Shown here: positions 33,783 through 43,241 of the stretch, in pieces | Layout: every line of letters begins with the position of its first letter | Numbering within the stretch: position 1 is the stretch's first letter | DNA from: a virus | Lineage: Duplodnaviria > Heunggongvirae > Uroviricota > Caudoviricetes | Virus record (IMG/VR): IMGVR_UViG_3300037258_000931 | Coordinates: 1 to 64,000 of that record | Reading direction: 5' to 3' (one strand) | Length of the DNA: 64,000 nt | The notes under the pieces: generated by a model | Database searches by the model: none | What the model was told of the DNA's origin: nothing | Seen by the model: only the letters and a program-made list of their open reading frames with translations | Position numbers and translations under genes: made by a program

Positions 33783-34199
33783 ATGGAGCGAAGCAACATG
33801 ATTGTGTACCTGCTGCGGAACCGGATCAACGGGATGGGCTATGTGGGCAAGACGCGGCAGCCGTTGAAGGCGCGCTGGCGGCAGCACAAGACCGAGGCCC
33901 GGATCGGAAGGTTGACCGGGCTGCTGTATCGAGAGATGCGCAAGTACGGGGCTGAAGTTTTTGAAGTGACGGTGCTGGGGGAACGCAAGTGCGAGCGGGA
34001 TCTGAATCGGCTGGAGCGGCAGATGATCCGACACCACAACACCGTGGACCACGGATACAACCAGGCGGTAGCCGCGTTTGGGGGACGGCGTCGGCCCAAG
34101 CAGGCGTATCACCGGATGCACTCGGAGCAACACAAACAGAAGATTGCGGCCAGCGTGTGCGCGAGCTGGATAGCGAGAAGGGCAGCGAGCAGCGGTTAG
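33783..34199 (+). CDS. GIY-YIG endonuclease
   Basis: N-terminal MIVYLL.N..NGMGYVGKT.....R..QH matches the GIY-YIG motif. Confidence 0.6.
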   Translation: MERSNMIVYLLRNRINGMGYVGKTRQPLKARWRQHKTEARIGRLTGLLYREMRKYGAEVFEVTVLGERKCERDLNRLERQMIRHHNTVDHGYNQAVAAFGGRRRPKQAYHRMHSEQHKQKIAASVCASWIARRAASSG

Positions 34200-34225
34200 T
34201 GAACAGGGAGTAGTTTTCGTGCTGG

Positions 34226-34325
34226 GTTGCGGTTTGTGCTTTCCCACCCATCGCAGAAGACGCGATGGATGGGGCACCCAGAGGCTTGTTTTTGACTGAC
34301 CCCTGACCCCTGTTCCCTGATCTCC
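34226..34325. repeat. variant core (CCCACCCATC...GGATGGATGGGGCACCCAGAGG...TGTTTTTGAC) plus right arm
   Basis: Shares about 60 nt with the extended core at 40128-40190. Confidence 0.7.
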
Positions 34326-34336
34326 TAAGGAGATGT

Positions 34337-34609
34337 ATGGCGGTAAAGACGGCGTATACCTGCGATGTGTGCGGGGCGGAGCGGAAGGAAGCCAACCACT
34401 GGTTTGTGGCGTGCCAGACCCACGCGGGGCTGGACTTTCACACCTGGGGCTGGGCGTTGCGCGAGGAAATGTTGAACGAAGAGCGGTTGATGCACCTGTG
34501 CGGGCGATTGTGCGCGCACAAGAAGCTGGACCAGTTTTTGGCCAGCGTGAGTTTTACGACGACAGAGACAGAGACAGAGATCAGGGGTCAGGGGTCAGGG
34601 GTCAGTTAG
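34337..34609 (+). CDS. small zinc-ribbon protein; C-terminal residues encoded by a repeat arm
   Basis: CDVCG...CGRLC; ORF runs into the GGGATCAG tract. Confidence 0.35.
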   Translation: MAVKTAYTCDVCGAERKEANHWFVACQTHAGLDFHTWGWALREEMLNEERLMHLCGRLCAHKKLDQFLASVSFTTTETETEIRGQGSGVS

Positions 34610-34750
34610 AAGCAAGAGCAAAAGCAAGAGCAAGAGCAACCGCAGGTCCTTCGGCTCCGGTCGCTTTGCTCGCTTCGCTCAGGATGACAGGTTTTTGCTG
34701 ATCGCTGATCCCTGACCCCTGACCACTGTCTCTGAGTTCTGACCACTGTT
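34563..34750. repeat. GGGATCAG-family element, full
   Basis: Left arm is the coding tail of ORF 34337-34609; canonical core; right arm. Confidence 0.85.
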
Positions 34751-34765
34751 TTGAAGGAGAGAGAG

Positions 34766-34987
34766 ATGCCTAAGGGAAAGCTGTTTGAGTATGCGGTGAT
34801 TCACCATCCCAAACCGACCAAGGACGCGGCGGGCAACGAGACCGCGGGGAAGTCGAAGCTGGTGACGGACCTGAAGCGGGAGCTGGCTACGGAGCCTGGC
34901 GAGGTGTCGATTCTGGCGGCGCGCTCGATTCCGGAGGAGTATCTGGACAAGCTGGAAGAGATCGAGATCGTGGTGCGGTCTTTTTAG
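34766..34987 (+). CDS. small hypothetical protein
   Basis: SD GAAGGAGAGAGAG then ATG; 73 aa. Confidence 0.4.
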   Translation: MPKGKLFEYAVIHHPKPTKDAAGNETAGKSKLVTDLKRELATEPGEVSILAARSIPEEYLDKLEEIEIVVRSF

Positions 34988-35293
34988 GGTCCCACGAGCG
35001 AGGGCCTGCTCGTGGGGTTGAGACGAAGGCGACTCCGGCCGCACGAAGGTTGGACATTCCGGCCAAGGCGCTGCCCGGGGAGTTGAATCAAGCTGCGCTT
35101 ATCTACGGACGCCCGCAGGCTGGTTTGTCGATGCCCGGCTTTGAGGTTCAATCGTTGGCGAGCTGGGGATTGGGCAACGCGGTCACGGGAGTGAATACGA
35201 CGACCTCGCCTTACAACGTGACCTATACGACTTGCGCTTCTCCGGAGTCGGTGAGTTACAACGCGGCGCAGATTGGGAAGTGAGAAGGGCGGA

Positions 35294-35450
35294 GAACAGG
35301 GATCAGGGATCAGGGGTCAGGGATCAGTTAGAAGCAAAAGCAAGAGCAAGAGCAGCCGCGGGTCCTTCGACTCCCTGCGGTCGCTCAGGATGACAGGTTT
35401 TTTTCTGATCCCTGATCCCTGATCCCTGACAACTGATCTCCGACCCCTGC
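35294..35450. repeat. GGGATCAG-family element, full
   Basis: Canonical. Confidence 0.85.
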
Positions 35451-35507
35451 TTTTATAACCCCGGGCCGGCAGCCCGCAACCTTTTTTTGAGATTGAGGAG
35501 AACGAAT

Positions 35508-36059
35508 ATGTGTGAAAACGCAACCAAGACGGCGGCGGAGTTGATGGCGGCGATCGAGCCGACCCTGCAGTCGCTTTTGACCTTTACCGGATTGGCCAGC
35601 ACCCCGCAGGGCGAGGCGGCGGTGGCGGCCTACAATGCGGCGCTTACAGCTTTGCAGAACTGGCAGAGCGGCACAGCGGCTGAAAACGTGATTGCCCTGA
35701 TCGGAGACTTCCAGACCGTGTTTGCCACCCTGCCGGTGCCGGAGGAGGTAAGCACGCTGGTGGACCTGATTTCGGCCGGGGTGATTGTAGTCATCCGGGT
35801 GGTAACCGGCAACTCGCCTGCGCCCGCGGCCAGCGTGATGGAGGCGGTGGCGGCGGGGGCAACTCCGGAAGCGGCTCAGAAGGCTCATGAGGCGCACCAG
35901 ATTGCCGAGGCCACGGCCGAGGTGCAGAAGCTGGTTCCGGAGTTTAAGCCGAGTGTGTGGAAGAGCATTCTGCCCGGTCATTCCCCGGCCGACCAGTACC
36001 GCAAGGCATGGAAGCAGGCAGTGGAGAAGGGCGGCTTCCCGGAGACGATGGCGGCGTAA
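35508..36059 (+). CDS. hypothetical Ala-rich protein
   Basis: 183 aa; SD GAGGAGAACGAAT then ATG. Confidence 0.4.
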   Translation: MCENATKTAAELMAAIEPTLQSLLTFTGLASTPQGEAAVAAYNAALTALQNWQSGTAAENVIALIGDFQTVFATLPVPEEVSTLVDLISAGVIVVIRVVTGNSPAPAASVMEAVAAGATPEAAQKAHEAHQIAEATAEVQKLVPEFKPSVWKSILPGHSPADQYRKAWKQAVEKGGFPETMAA

Positions 36060-36063
36060 AGGC

Positions 36064-36285
36064 AGGGAACAGGGATCAGTTGTCAGGGGTCAGGGATCAG
36101 TTAAGGGCAAAAGCAAAAGCAAGTGCAACCGCGGGTTCTTCGACTTCGGTCGCTTTGCTCCCTTCGCTCAGAATGACAACCGATTTAGGTGCTCAGGATG
36201 ACAGGGGTTTTGTTTTTTCTGATCCCTGATCTCTGAAACCTGACCCCTGACCCCTGATCCCTGTTGCCCTGATCTCTGAAACGAA
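36064..36285. repeat. GGGATCAG-family element, full
   Basis: Core with duplicated gctcag(g/a)atgaca boxes; upstream of the AAA ATPase gene. Confidence 0.85.
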
Positions 36286-36299
36286 CGAAAGGGAACACG

Positions 36300-37271
36300 A
36301 TGGACGAAAACGAAGAGTTGAACCGGATTCTGGAGACCGAGCCGCCGCGGGCGCCGGCGACGTCCGCGCAGAGCGACCAGTCCATGCAGGCGCCGGTGCA
36401 GGTGGCCTCGCAGATGCCGGGCGGAGATTTCACGCAGTGGCGGATCGAGCCCAACGACTGTTTCCGGGCGAGCGGCCACACCACGCCGGAGCTGCCGGTG
36501 GGAGTGTACCGGTTCGCCGATGACCAGTACGGAACCATCCTGCAGCGGGTGAAGGTGGTGACCGATAAGCTGATGGAGTTGCCGGATATGGCCGGCGAGC
36601 GGCTGCTGGCGGGAATGCGGAAGTTCTGGAACAGCGAGCAGAGATATAAGGATCATGGGCTGCTGTACAAGCGTGGAGTGCTGATGTGGGGACCGCCGGG
36701 GGGCGGCAAGACGGCGACGCTGGGGCTGCTGATGAACGAGTTGATGGCCGCGGGCGGCATCGTGGTGCTGGTGGAGCATCCCAGGCTGGCAACCTGTGGG
36801 CTGGAGCAGTTGCGGCGCATCGAGCCCAAACGGCGGCTGATCTGCGTGCTCGAAGATATCGACGAGCTGATCGACCGGTACGGGGAGCATCTGATTCTGG
36901 CGTTGCTGGATGGCGAAAACCAGGTAGGCAATATTGTGAACATCGCAACCACGAACTATCCCTCGCGGCTGGGCGCGCGCATTGTGAATCGGCCTTCCCG
37001 GTTTGACGAACGCATTCTGGTGGGGATGCCTGCGGAACGGGCGCGGCGGGCGTATCTGGAACGGGCCCTGCCGGGCGATATGGCGTGGGACCTGGATGGA
37101 TGGGTGAAGGACACCGAGGGCCTGAGCATTGCGCACCTGCGCGAGCTGATTGCCGGAGTGTTCTGCCTGGAACAGGAGTACGGCGCGGTGCTGGCCAGGT
37201 TGAAGAGCATGCGGGTGGCTCCGCGAGAGCGGGACGGGGAAGGGCTGTTGGCGAGCGGCTTTGGGGCGTAA
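36300..37271 (+). CDS. AAA+ ATPase
   Basis: Walker A GPPGGGKT, Walker B LICVLEDID, sensor TTNYP, arginine finger region RPSRFDE. Confidence 0.8.
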   Translation: MDENEELNRILETEPPRAPATSAQSDQSMQAPVQVASQMPGGDFTQWRIEPNDCFRASGHTTPELPVGVYRFADDQYGTILQRVKVVTDKLMELPDMAGERLLAGMRKFWNSEQRYKDHGLLYKRGVLMWGPPGGGKTATLGLLMNELMAAGGIVVLVEHPRLATCGLEQLRRIEPKRRLICVLEDIDELIDRYGEHLILALLDGENQVGNIVNIATTNYPSRLGARIVNRPSRFDERILVGMPAERARRAYLERALPGDMAWDLDGWVKDTEGLSIAHLRELIAGVFCLEQEYGAVLARLKSMRVAPRERDGEGLLASGFGA

Positions 37272-37274
37272 AGG

Positions 37275-37490
37275 CAGAGATCAGGGGTCAGTTGTCAGGG
37301 GTCAGGGATCAGTTAGAAGCAAGTGCAAAAGCAAAAGCAAGAGCAACCGCAGGTGCTTCGACTTCGGTCGCTTTGCTCCCTTCGCTCAGGATGACAGCTC
37401 TGGGGCGGGTCGCTCAGGATGACAGGCTTTTGCTTTTCCCTGACCCCTGATCCCTGATCTCTGACCCCTGATCCCTGATCCGGTTCGTAC
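37275..37490. repeat. GGGATCAG-family element, full
   Basis: Core variant with gctctggggcgggtcgctcaggatgacagg. Confidence 0.85.
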
Positions 37491-37607
37491 GTGTAAAATT
37501 TACTAGACAATCCGGGATAGTGCTTTTAGAGTGTTCGCAGTCACCCTTTTTGAGCCGGAAAAGCCTGCGTGCTCATGGAACATGCGGGGTCCGGTTGCAG
37601 AAAGGAA

Positions 37608-37650
37608 AATCTTGAAGGAAATCTTCAACCCGAATCTTCAATCCAAATCG
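37608..37650. repeat. three direct AATCTT(C/G)AA iteron-like repeats in an AT-rich leader
   Basis: aaaatcttgaagg / aaatcttcaaccc / gaatcttcaatcc immediately upstream of the 37659 start codon. Confidence 0.3.
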
Positions 37651-37658
37651 AGGGACCT

Positions 37659-38942
37659 ATGAGAATTGCATCCGCAAAAAATTCGTTGCCGTCCAGCAAA
37701 AACCCGGTAATGAAAGATCAGTTAACCAAGTTGTTCGAAGCTCATCCGATGCCCGCGGAACTGGCTTTGGACAAGGCAATCCAGAGCGGCGCCCGATTGG
37801 GTGCTTATAACGCCGAGGCGTCGACTCGAACGCAGGGAAAGACTATCCGCAAGATAAAAGAATCGTTACTGACAAGAAACTCCTCTTCCATTTCCCCTTC
37901 CAATTCTCCTTCCGGTTCCGCTTCGGGCGCAAAGGCCAAGTTATCAGAGGCCGCCAACATCGCCGATTACGGGCCCCGTTATGTTCCTCCCCAGCGCCAG
38001 TCCAATCCCTTCTCGATTCGAGGCCATCACTTTGGCCCGGGAGTGATAGAGGACGAGACTGAGGCTCTGCCCCGGGAAGAAGAAACATCCGCGGCGGCGG
38101 CGGAGGCCCAAAAACAAATTGAGAACCAGATTGACAGCCAGATTGAGAACCAGATTGGTAACGGCGCGGTGCTTGAGTCCGGTGAATCAGTCTCCGCTGC
38201 GCCGGCGGTAGCAGCCGGGATTTCCTCGCCGTCTAGAGAGGTTTTAGAAGCGGTTGCGCCGGCCGCTGTTCCGGTGGCGTTGGCGACGTCGGACGCGGGG
38301 CCGATCGGGCTGGGCGCTGCGGGGGCTTCGCTTTCGCCGGCCCAGTTTCAGCAGCCGGGTTTGCCGCCCAGCCTGGCGTGGCTGGAGAAGCCGTCTCCCT
38401 TTTCTGTGAACCTGAACGCGATCGTGGAGAGCCTGAGGGATGCGCGAACGCGCGCCAATTTCACCTTAGGAGAGCATCTGGCGCGGGCTAAAGAGTATCG
38501 TGGCAGGCTGGAGGCGGAGGAGTTCGGAATCGAGACGCAACGGGAAAACCTGAAGGTTCTGGATGACACGATCTCAGCGTGCGCGCTGGTGGCCGAGCAG
38601 AGCCTGGGGATCGAGCCGGCGCTGCTTTCGACCGGACACGCGAAAGTGGCGTCGGCGCCGCGTGAGCATCGCTATCACCGGCCGGCTACCAACGATCCGA
38701 GCATTCTGCGCATCAAGGACGTGAGCAAATTTTTTGAGAACAACCGGGAGACCAACTGGACCGTGGCGGAGATTTTGCCGCTGCTGCCGGCAGCCAAGCG
38801 CCAGCATGCCAAGTCTTATCTGCCCAACGTGCTGAGCACCTTGTGCGACGCGAAGGAAATCCTCAGGGTGTCGCGAGGCATTTACCGGGCCAGCTCCGAG
38901 GCCCATGGGGCCGGAACCAATGGCGATGGCGTGAAGATTTGA
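37659..38942 (+). CDS. hypothetical low-complexity protein
   Basis: 427 aa; Ser/Ala/Pro-rich; internal tandem repeat encoding QIENQIDSQIENQIGN. Confidence 0.45.
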   Translation: MRIASAKNSLPSSKNPVMKDQLTKLFEAHPMPAELALDKAIQSGARLGAYNAEASTRTQGKTIRKIKESLLTRNSSSISPSNSPSGSASGAKAKLSEAANIADYGPRYVPPQRQSNPFSIRGHHFGPGVIEDETEALPREEETSAAAAEAQKQIENQIDSQIENQIGNGAVLESGESVSAAPAVAAGISSPSREVLEAVAPAAVPVALATSDAGPIGLGAAGASLSPAQFQQPGLPPSLAWLEKPSPFSVNLNAIVESLRDARTRANFTLGEHLARAKEYRGRLEAEEFGIETQRENLKVLDDTISACALVAEQSLGIEPALLSTGHAKVASAPREHRYHRPATNDPSILRIKDVSKFFENNRETNWTVAEILPLLPAAKRQHAKSYLPNVLSTLCDAKEILRVSRGIYRASSEAHGAGTNGDGVKI

Positions 38943-38943
38943 G

Positions 38944-39588
38944 ATGCGGGCGCATTTTTCCTGGTACGAAGACGAGATGCTGCGCCGCTTTTACCCCGAC
39001 CATCGGACCGACTGGCTGGCGGTCTGGCTGGGCTGGCCGGTGAACAGCTTGTATCGCCGGGCGAACTGGCTGGGGTTAAAGAAGTCGGTGGCATTTATGG
39101 CCAGCGATGAGGCATGCTATCTGCGCCGCCATCCCGAAGCGGGCCTGGCCGGGCGATTCCGGAAGGGCCAGCCGCCCTGGAACAAGGGCCTCAAGCATCC
39201 GCCGGGATGGGGGCCGGGGCGAATGCGGCGGACACAGTACAAGAAGGGCAACCATCCGCAGACCTGGCGCCCGCTGGGCACGACCCGTTTCAGCAAGGAT
39301 GGCTACCTGCAGCGCAAGGTGCGAGAGACCGGGCGTCCGGCGCGGGACTGGGTGGGGGAGCATGTACTGGCGTGGGAGAAGCGCAATGGCCCGGTGCCCG
39401 CCGGTCACGCGGTGGCATTCAGAGACGGAGACAAGAGCCACATCCGTATCGGCAACCTGGAACTGGTGAGCAGGAGCGAACTGATGCGGCGCAACTCGGT
39501 GCACAACCTGCCCAAGGATCTGCAGCTCGTGATTCAACTGGCGGGGGCGCTCAATCGGCAGATCCGAAAGCGCCGGAGGTTGATTTGA
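38944..39588 (+). CDS. HNH endonuclease (phage HNH_3-like)
   Basis: GHAVAFRDGDKSHIRIGNLELVSRSE core; Trp/Arg-rich N-terminal region. Confidence 0.6.
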   Translation: MRAHFSWYEDEMLRRFYPDHRTDWLAVWLGWPVNSLYRRANWLGLKKSVAFMASDEACYLRRHPEAGLAGRFRKGQPPWNKGLKHPPGWGPGRMRRTQYKKGNHPQTWRPLGTTRFSKDGYLQRKVRETGRPARDWVGEHVLAWEKRNGPVPAGHAVAFRDGDKSHIRIGNLELVSRSELMRRNSVHNLPKDLQLVIQLAGALNRQIRKRRRLI

Positions 39589-39592
39589 GAAT

Positions 39593-39690
39593 CCCTCAGG
39601 GGCTGAAGCCCCGCGTTTATTGCTGGCTGAATGTACGGGCTAAAGCCCGTACCCTTCACCTGAAGCCCGTGCCCTTCATCTGAAGCTGGA
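39593..39690. repeat. CCTCAGGGGCT(A/G)A(A/T)GCCC hairpin-cluster element, copy 1
   Basis: CCCTCAGGGGCTGAAGCCCC...ACGGGCTAAAGCCCGTACCCTTCACCTGAAGCCCGTGCCCTTCA. Confidence 0.5.
39599..39622 (+). terminator. rho-independent terminator candidate
   Basis: GGGGCTGAAGCCCC hairpin followed by GCGTTTATTG, 10 nt after the HNH stop. Confidence 0.4.
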
Positions 39691-39730
39691 TGTTTTAAGC
39701 TGAGCACTATTAGGAAACTGAGGGAGATGC

Positions 39731-40075
39731 ATGAAGCGTAATCTGGTGGATCTTTACGATGTGCTGTTCGACCAGTTGGAGAGTTTGAAGACGGTGAGCT
39801 ACACCGGGCTGGAGGCGACGATCAAGCGGTCCGAGTCGATTCGCAGGACCGCGCAGACGATTATCGATGCCGGCAAGTTGGAGGTAGCGATCCACAAGGC
39901 TCGGGGCAAAAACGGAGCGGTGGATGGGCTGCTGACGGAAAAGCAGTTGGCGGAAACCAGTGATCAGGGGTCGGGGAACAGGGATCAGGGTTCAGCGATC
40001 AGGGATCAGTCAAGTGCAAGTGCAAAAGCAAAGGCAACCGCGGGTCCTTCGGCTCCCTCCGGTCGCTCAGGATGA
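39731..40075 (+). CDS. hypothetical protein, C-terminal tail encoded by a repeat arm
   Basis: about 75 aa of ordinary sequence then SDQGSGNRDQGSAIRDQ translated from the GGGATCAG tract. Confidence 0.4.
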   Translation: MKRNLVDLYDVLFDQLESLKTVSYTGLEATIKRSESIRRTAQTIIDAGKLEVAIHKARGKNGAVDGLLTEKQLAETSDQGSGNRDQGSAIRDQSSASAKAKATAGPSAPSGRSG

Positions 40076-40207
40076 CAGCTCTGGGGTGGGTCGCTCAGGA
40101 TGACGGCGGGTTGAGATTTGTGGTCTCCCACCCATCCACGATGGAGCTGTGGATGGATGGGGCACCCAGAGGTTTGTTTTTGACTGATCCCTGATCCCTG
40201 ATCCCTG
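39960..40207. repeat. GGGATCAG-family element, full, with extended core
   Basis: Core includes GGCGGGTTGAGATTTGTGGTCTCCCACCCATCC...GGATGGATGGGGCACCCAGAGGTTTGTTTTTGAC; flanks the serine recombinase gene. Confidence 0.85.
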
Positions 40208-40210
40208 CCT

Positions 40211-40843
40211 TCACGACGCCATGGCCTTGCGGGGGATCTCTCTCTGGACCGTCCTTTTTTCTTTTGCCTTAAAGAAACGTACTATGACCGATTTAGAGGC
40301 GCTACAGGCGACGGCGATCTGGGCATACGACTTTCCCTCAGTGCGCAGGCGCAGAGCTTTGTTTTCGTTCCATTGCGCGCGCGGCCGGCCGGGGGGCGGC
40401 CCTCCTTCCATGCGTTGCAGGTTCATGGCGGCTTTGGTTCGCTGCGAGATGTGGTTATGCTGGCGGCGCGCCATGCGGGTGAGGGCCAGGTGCAGAGACT
40501 CGGTGAGCAGCTTGTAGGAGTCAACCCAGGGTTCCTCATAAGAGCGGAAGCCAATGCCTTGACAAGCAAGATCGCACAGCAGGGGATAGACTGCCTGGGG
40601 ACCTTCGACCGAAAGCCTTTTCACCTCCCAGAACAGCAACAGATCGAAACGGCGCGCCATAGCATCGGAGCGCACGCGCTCCAGCGCCGGGCGGCGATCG
40701 TTTTTGGCCGAGGCGCGGTCGCGGTAGATCTGGGTAATCTGCCAGCCTTCAGCCGGCGCGGCCTGCTGGATGGCGGCAAGCTGATCTTCCATGACCCGAT
40801 CGCCGGCGCGCTTGGAGACGTTGAGATAGACGGCGACCCGCAT
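40211..40843 (-). CDS. serine recombinase (resolvase/invertase family)
   Basis: N-terminal MRVAVYLNVSKRAGD...GWQI..IYRD...RP.L with catalytic Ser, C-terminal helix-turn-helix; lone leftward gene in a rightward block. Confidence 0.7.
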   Translation of the reverse strand: MRVAVYLNVSKRAGDRVMEDQLAAIQQAAPAEGWQITQIYRDRASAKNDRRPALERVRSDAMARRFDLLLFWEVKRLSVEGPQAVYPLLCDLACQGIGFRSYEEPWVDSYKLLTESLHLALTRMARRQHNHISQRTKAAMNLQRMEGGPPPGRPRAQWNENKALRLRTEGKSYAQIAVACSASKSVIVRFFKAKEKRTVQREIPRKAMAS

Positions 40844-40964
40844 GCGGCTTCTCCCTTATGGAGCTCCTGGCGGAGCTTCAACCATGTGGCACACTGTACC
40901 ATGTTTGCCACATTGCGCCAAGTTATTTTTGCAGGAAAGAAAGGCCGTAGGTTAGATTGGGGGG

Positions 40965-41195
40965 GTGATCATTCTGGGAAAGATCTGCATTTGCGATGTT
41001 TGCGGGAAGGACGACGCGCATGGGCGGTGGATTTATGACCCGTCCGCGCCGAAACCCAGACGGTGCAAAAACCGCAAATGCCGCAGCACCCGCTGGGATA
41101 CGGGGGGCATGGATAAGCGTACCTGGGAGCGGCTGCAGAAGGTTGCCGGCGCGGCGCCGCGCTCTCAAAAAAAGAGACCGGAGCCAGTCGGTTAG
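40965..41195 (+). CDS. small Cys-rich protein
   Basis: 76 aa; CICDVCG...CKNRKC. Confidence 0.3.
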   Translation: MIILGKICICDVCGKDDAHGRWIYDPSAPKPRRCKNRKCRSTRWDTGGMDKRTWERLQKVAGAAPRSQKKRPEPVG

Positions 41196-41299
41196 CGGGC
41201 CGGGACGGGCGCAATTATTTCCCTAGATTTTCCGTTTCTAAAAGGGTAAGGTGCGGGCAGGCGTTGCCTTGCCGGCGCCCGGTCTGAAAGGGAGATTTT

Positions 41300-41791
41300 A
41301 TGCCTGCAACCGTATTTACTCCCGAAGAAGTTTATTCCCTCAACGGATACCAGAACGCCGGAGTGATGCACCCGTTTACCTGTGGGGGCGGCCACCGCAC
41401 CGAGCATCCGGATGGAGAAGGATTACTGGTGGCGACCGTTTACGGCTGGGTGTGCCCTTACTGCGACTACCGGCAGGATTGGGCGCACCCGTTTATGACA
41501 AATGGCGGCTGGCGAAACAGCCCTCTGCTCAGAATTGAAAAAGACTTGCACAAGTTGGTGGTGTTGAAGGATGAGTTTTTCGAGCCTTTGGCGCTGGGCC
41601 TGGAGGCGGCTCTGGAGAGGATCGAGCTGCTGTATCAGGCGCTCGATCTCTATGCCCCCGGTCACCAGGTGCCCCCTTCGAAAGCCGTGTCTCATCTGAA
41701 AGCCACACTGGCGAATCTGCGGGGGCTGGGCATCATGCCGGCGCGAACGAGCATTGAAAAGGAGGGCGGGGATGCAGCCACGGAATCCTGA
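41300..41791 (+). CDS. hypothetical protein
   Basis: 163 aa; FTCGGGH...CPYCDY metal-binding-like motifs. Confidence 0.4.
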   Translation: MPATVFTPEEVYSLNGYQNAGVMHPFTCGGGHRTEHPDGEGLLVATVYGWVCPYCDYRQDWAHPFMTNGGWRNSPLLRIEKDLHKLVVLKDEFFEPLALGLEAALERIELLYQALDLYAPGHQVPPSKAVSHLKATLANLRGLGIMPARTSIEKEGGDAATES

Positions 41792-42128
41792 GATCACGGA
41801 CGGAGAGTGGATCGTCGAGCTGCGCCAGGAGCTGAGCGACAGCGAGGAGCTGGTGATCAAGCTGGGCGATCTGTTATCGAAGACTGCGATTGCGCTCCAT
41901 GGCGGCCGGCTCAAAAACGGCTTGTGGTCTACGCACGACCTGGCTGAGATTGCGGCCCGGCATCGCAGGCTGCTGGTAGCCGCGCTGCACGCGCTGCGCA
42001 GCTACCAGTATGAAAACGCTTCTACTGAGCTGGCCGAGGAGATGGCCGAAGAGCTGGAGCGAGTGTTGAACGGGCGACGGAGCGAGACGGAGCCGGTGGC
42101 GGAGTTGAAAGCGGATGGCAAGGGCTGA
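41754..42128 (+). CDS. hypothetical protein
   Basis: 124 aa overlapping the upstream gene end. Confidence 0.35.
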   Translation: MKRRAGMQPRNPEITDGEWIVELRQELSDSEELVIKLGDLLSKTAIALHGGRLKNGLWSTHDLAEIAARHRRLLVAALHALRSYQYENASTELAEEMAEELERVLNGRRSETEPVAELKADGKG

Positions 42129-42131
42129 GCG

Positions 42132-43241
42132 ATGAAGACGATTGTGGCGGGCAGCCGGACGGTGAAGGATCGAGCGATTGTGGACCGGGCGATTGAAGAG
42201 TCCGGTTTTGCGATTACCGAAGTGGTATCCGGCGGCGCGGTGGGTGTGGACCAGATGGGAGAGCAGTGGGCCGACGATCACCGGGTGGCCAAGAAGCGGT
42301 TTCTTCCCGACCGCCAGAAATATGGCTGGCCACGGGCGGCGTTTGTGCGCAACGAAGCCATGGGCGATTACGCCGGGGCGCTGATTGCGGTATGGGACGG
42401 GGCCAGTAACGGCACCCGGCACATGATCGAGTACGCGCGCCGCAGGGGATTGCGGGTGCACGTGCATCTGTGTGCTCCGGAGCAAGGGGCTCAGCAGAAT
42501 CTGTTTCAGAGCGGCGATGCGGTGAGCTGCCGCCCGCTGAGCTTTATCGGCGAAAATTGCGCCAGCATAGCCCGCGGCCTGAAGACTGAAACCCGCCGGG
42601 TAGCCTATCCGCAGCCGTTGAACGACGGCGTGTATGCGCGCGTGGCTGCGGGGAGTTCCTCTGGAAGCTGGGGCAACGGGCTGTTGTACGCTCTCGACGG
42701 GCAAGGGCCGCCCCACTGGCGCTGCCCCTATGGCAGACCGGGTGAGCAGATCTATGTGCGCGAGGTCTGGGCGCGGGTGGAACCGTTCCCGAGCGCGCAG
42801 GAGGATTACCGGATGCCGCTGGCACATCGGGTAGCGAAGAATCCGGTGCTGTTGAAATACTGGCTGCGGCGAGTGATTTTTCTGGCTGATTTTCCCGGCA
42901 AGCAACCCGAGCAGTGCGGCCGCGGGGCGACCGACAACCAGTGGCGCAGTCCGGTGACGATGCCGCGGTGGGCCTCGCGGCAGTTGCTGACGGTGCTCGA
43001 TGTAAGCCTGGAGCGACTGCAGGCGATCACCGAGGAAGGGGCGCATGCTGAAGGCGTGCTTGAACCTGCGCCGGTTCATGGACGCTGGTGCGATCTGAAG
43101 CTGGGGCGCGAGGGGCACTGGAGCTATCGCAAGCCGTTCAGCGAGCACTGGGACAAGTTGAATGGGGAGAAGCATCCATGGAGTTCCAACCCTTTTGTAT
43201 GGGTGGTGAAGTTTCGGAGGCTGGACACGGATGGACGATGA
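42132..43241 (+). CDS. SLOG/DUF2493-like (DprA/LOG-like Rossmann) N-domain protein with C-terminal extension
   Basis: IVAGSRT..DR..V...VVSGGAVGVDQ.GE.WA ... IAVWDGAS.GT pattern typical of SLOG/YspA-type domains; 369 aa. Confidence 0.4.
   Translation: MKTIVAGSRTVKDRAIVDRAIEESGFAITEVVSGGAVGVDQMGEQWADDHRVAKKRFLPDRQKYGWPRAAFVRNEAMGDYAGALIAVWDGASNGTRHMIEYARRRGLRVHVHLCAPEQGAQQNLFQSGDAVSCRPLSFIGENCASIARGLKTETRRVAYPQPLNDGVYARVAAGSSSGSWGNGLLYALDGQGPPHWRCPYGRPGEQIYVREVWARVEPFPSAQEDYRMPLAHRVAKNPVLLKYWLRRVIFLADFPGKQPEQCGRGATDNQWRSPVTMPRWASRQLLTVLDVSLERLQAITEEGAHAEGVLEPAPVHGRWCDLKLGREGHWSYRKPFSEHWDKLNGEKHPWSSNPFVWVVKFRRLDTDGR

Noticed and set aside
36168-37136. 322-aa ORF on the minus strand
   Set aside because: Antisense to the AAA+ ATPase gene (Walker A and B on the plus strand).
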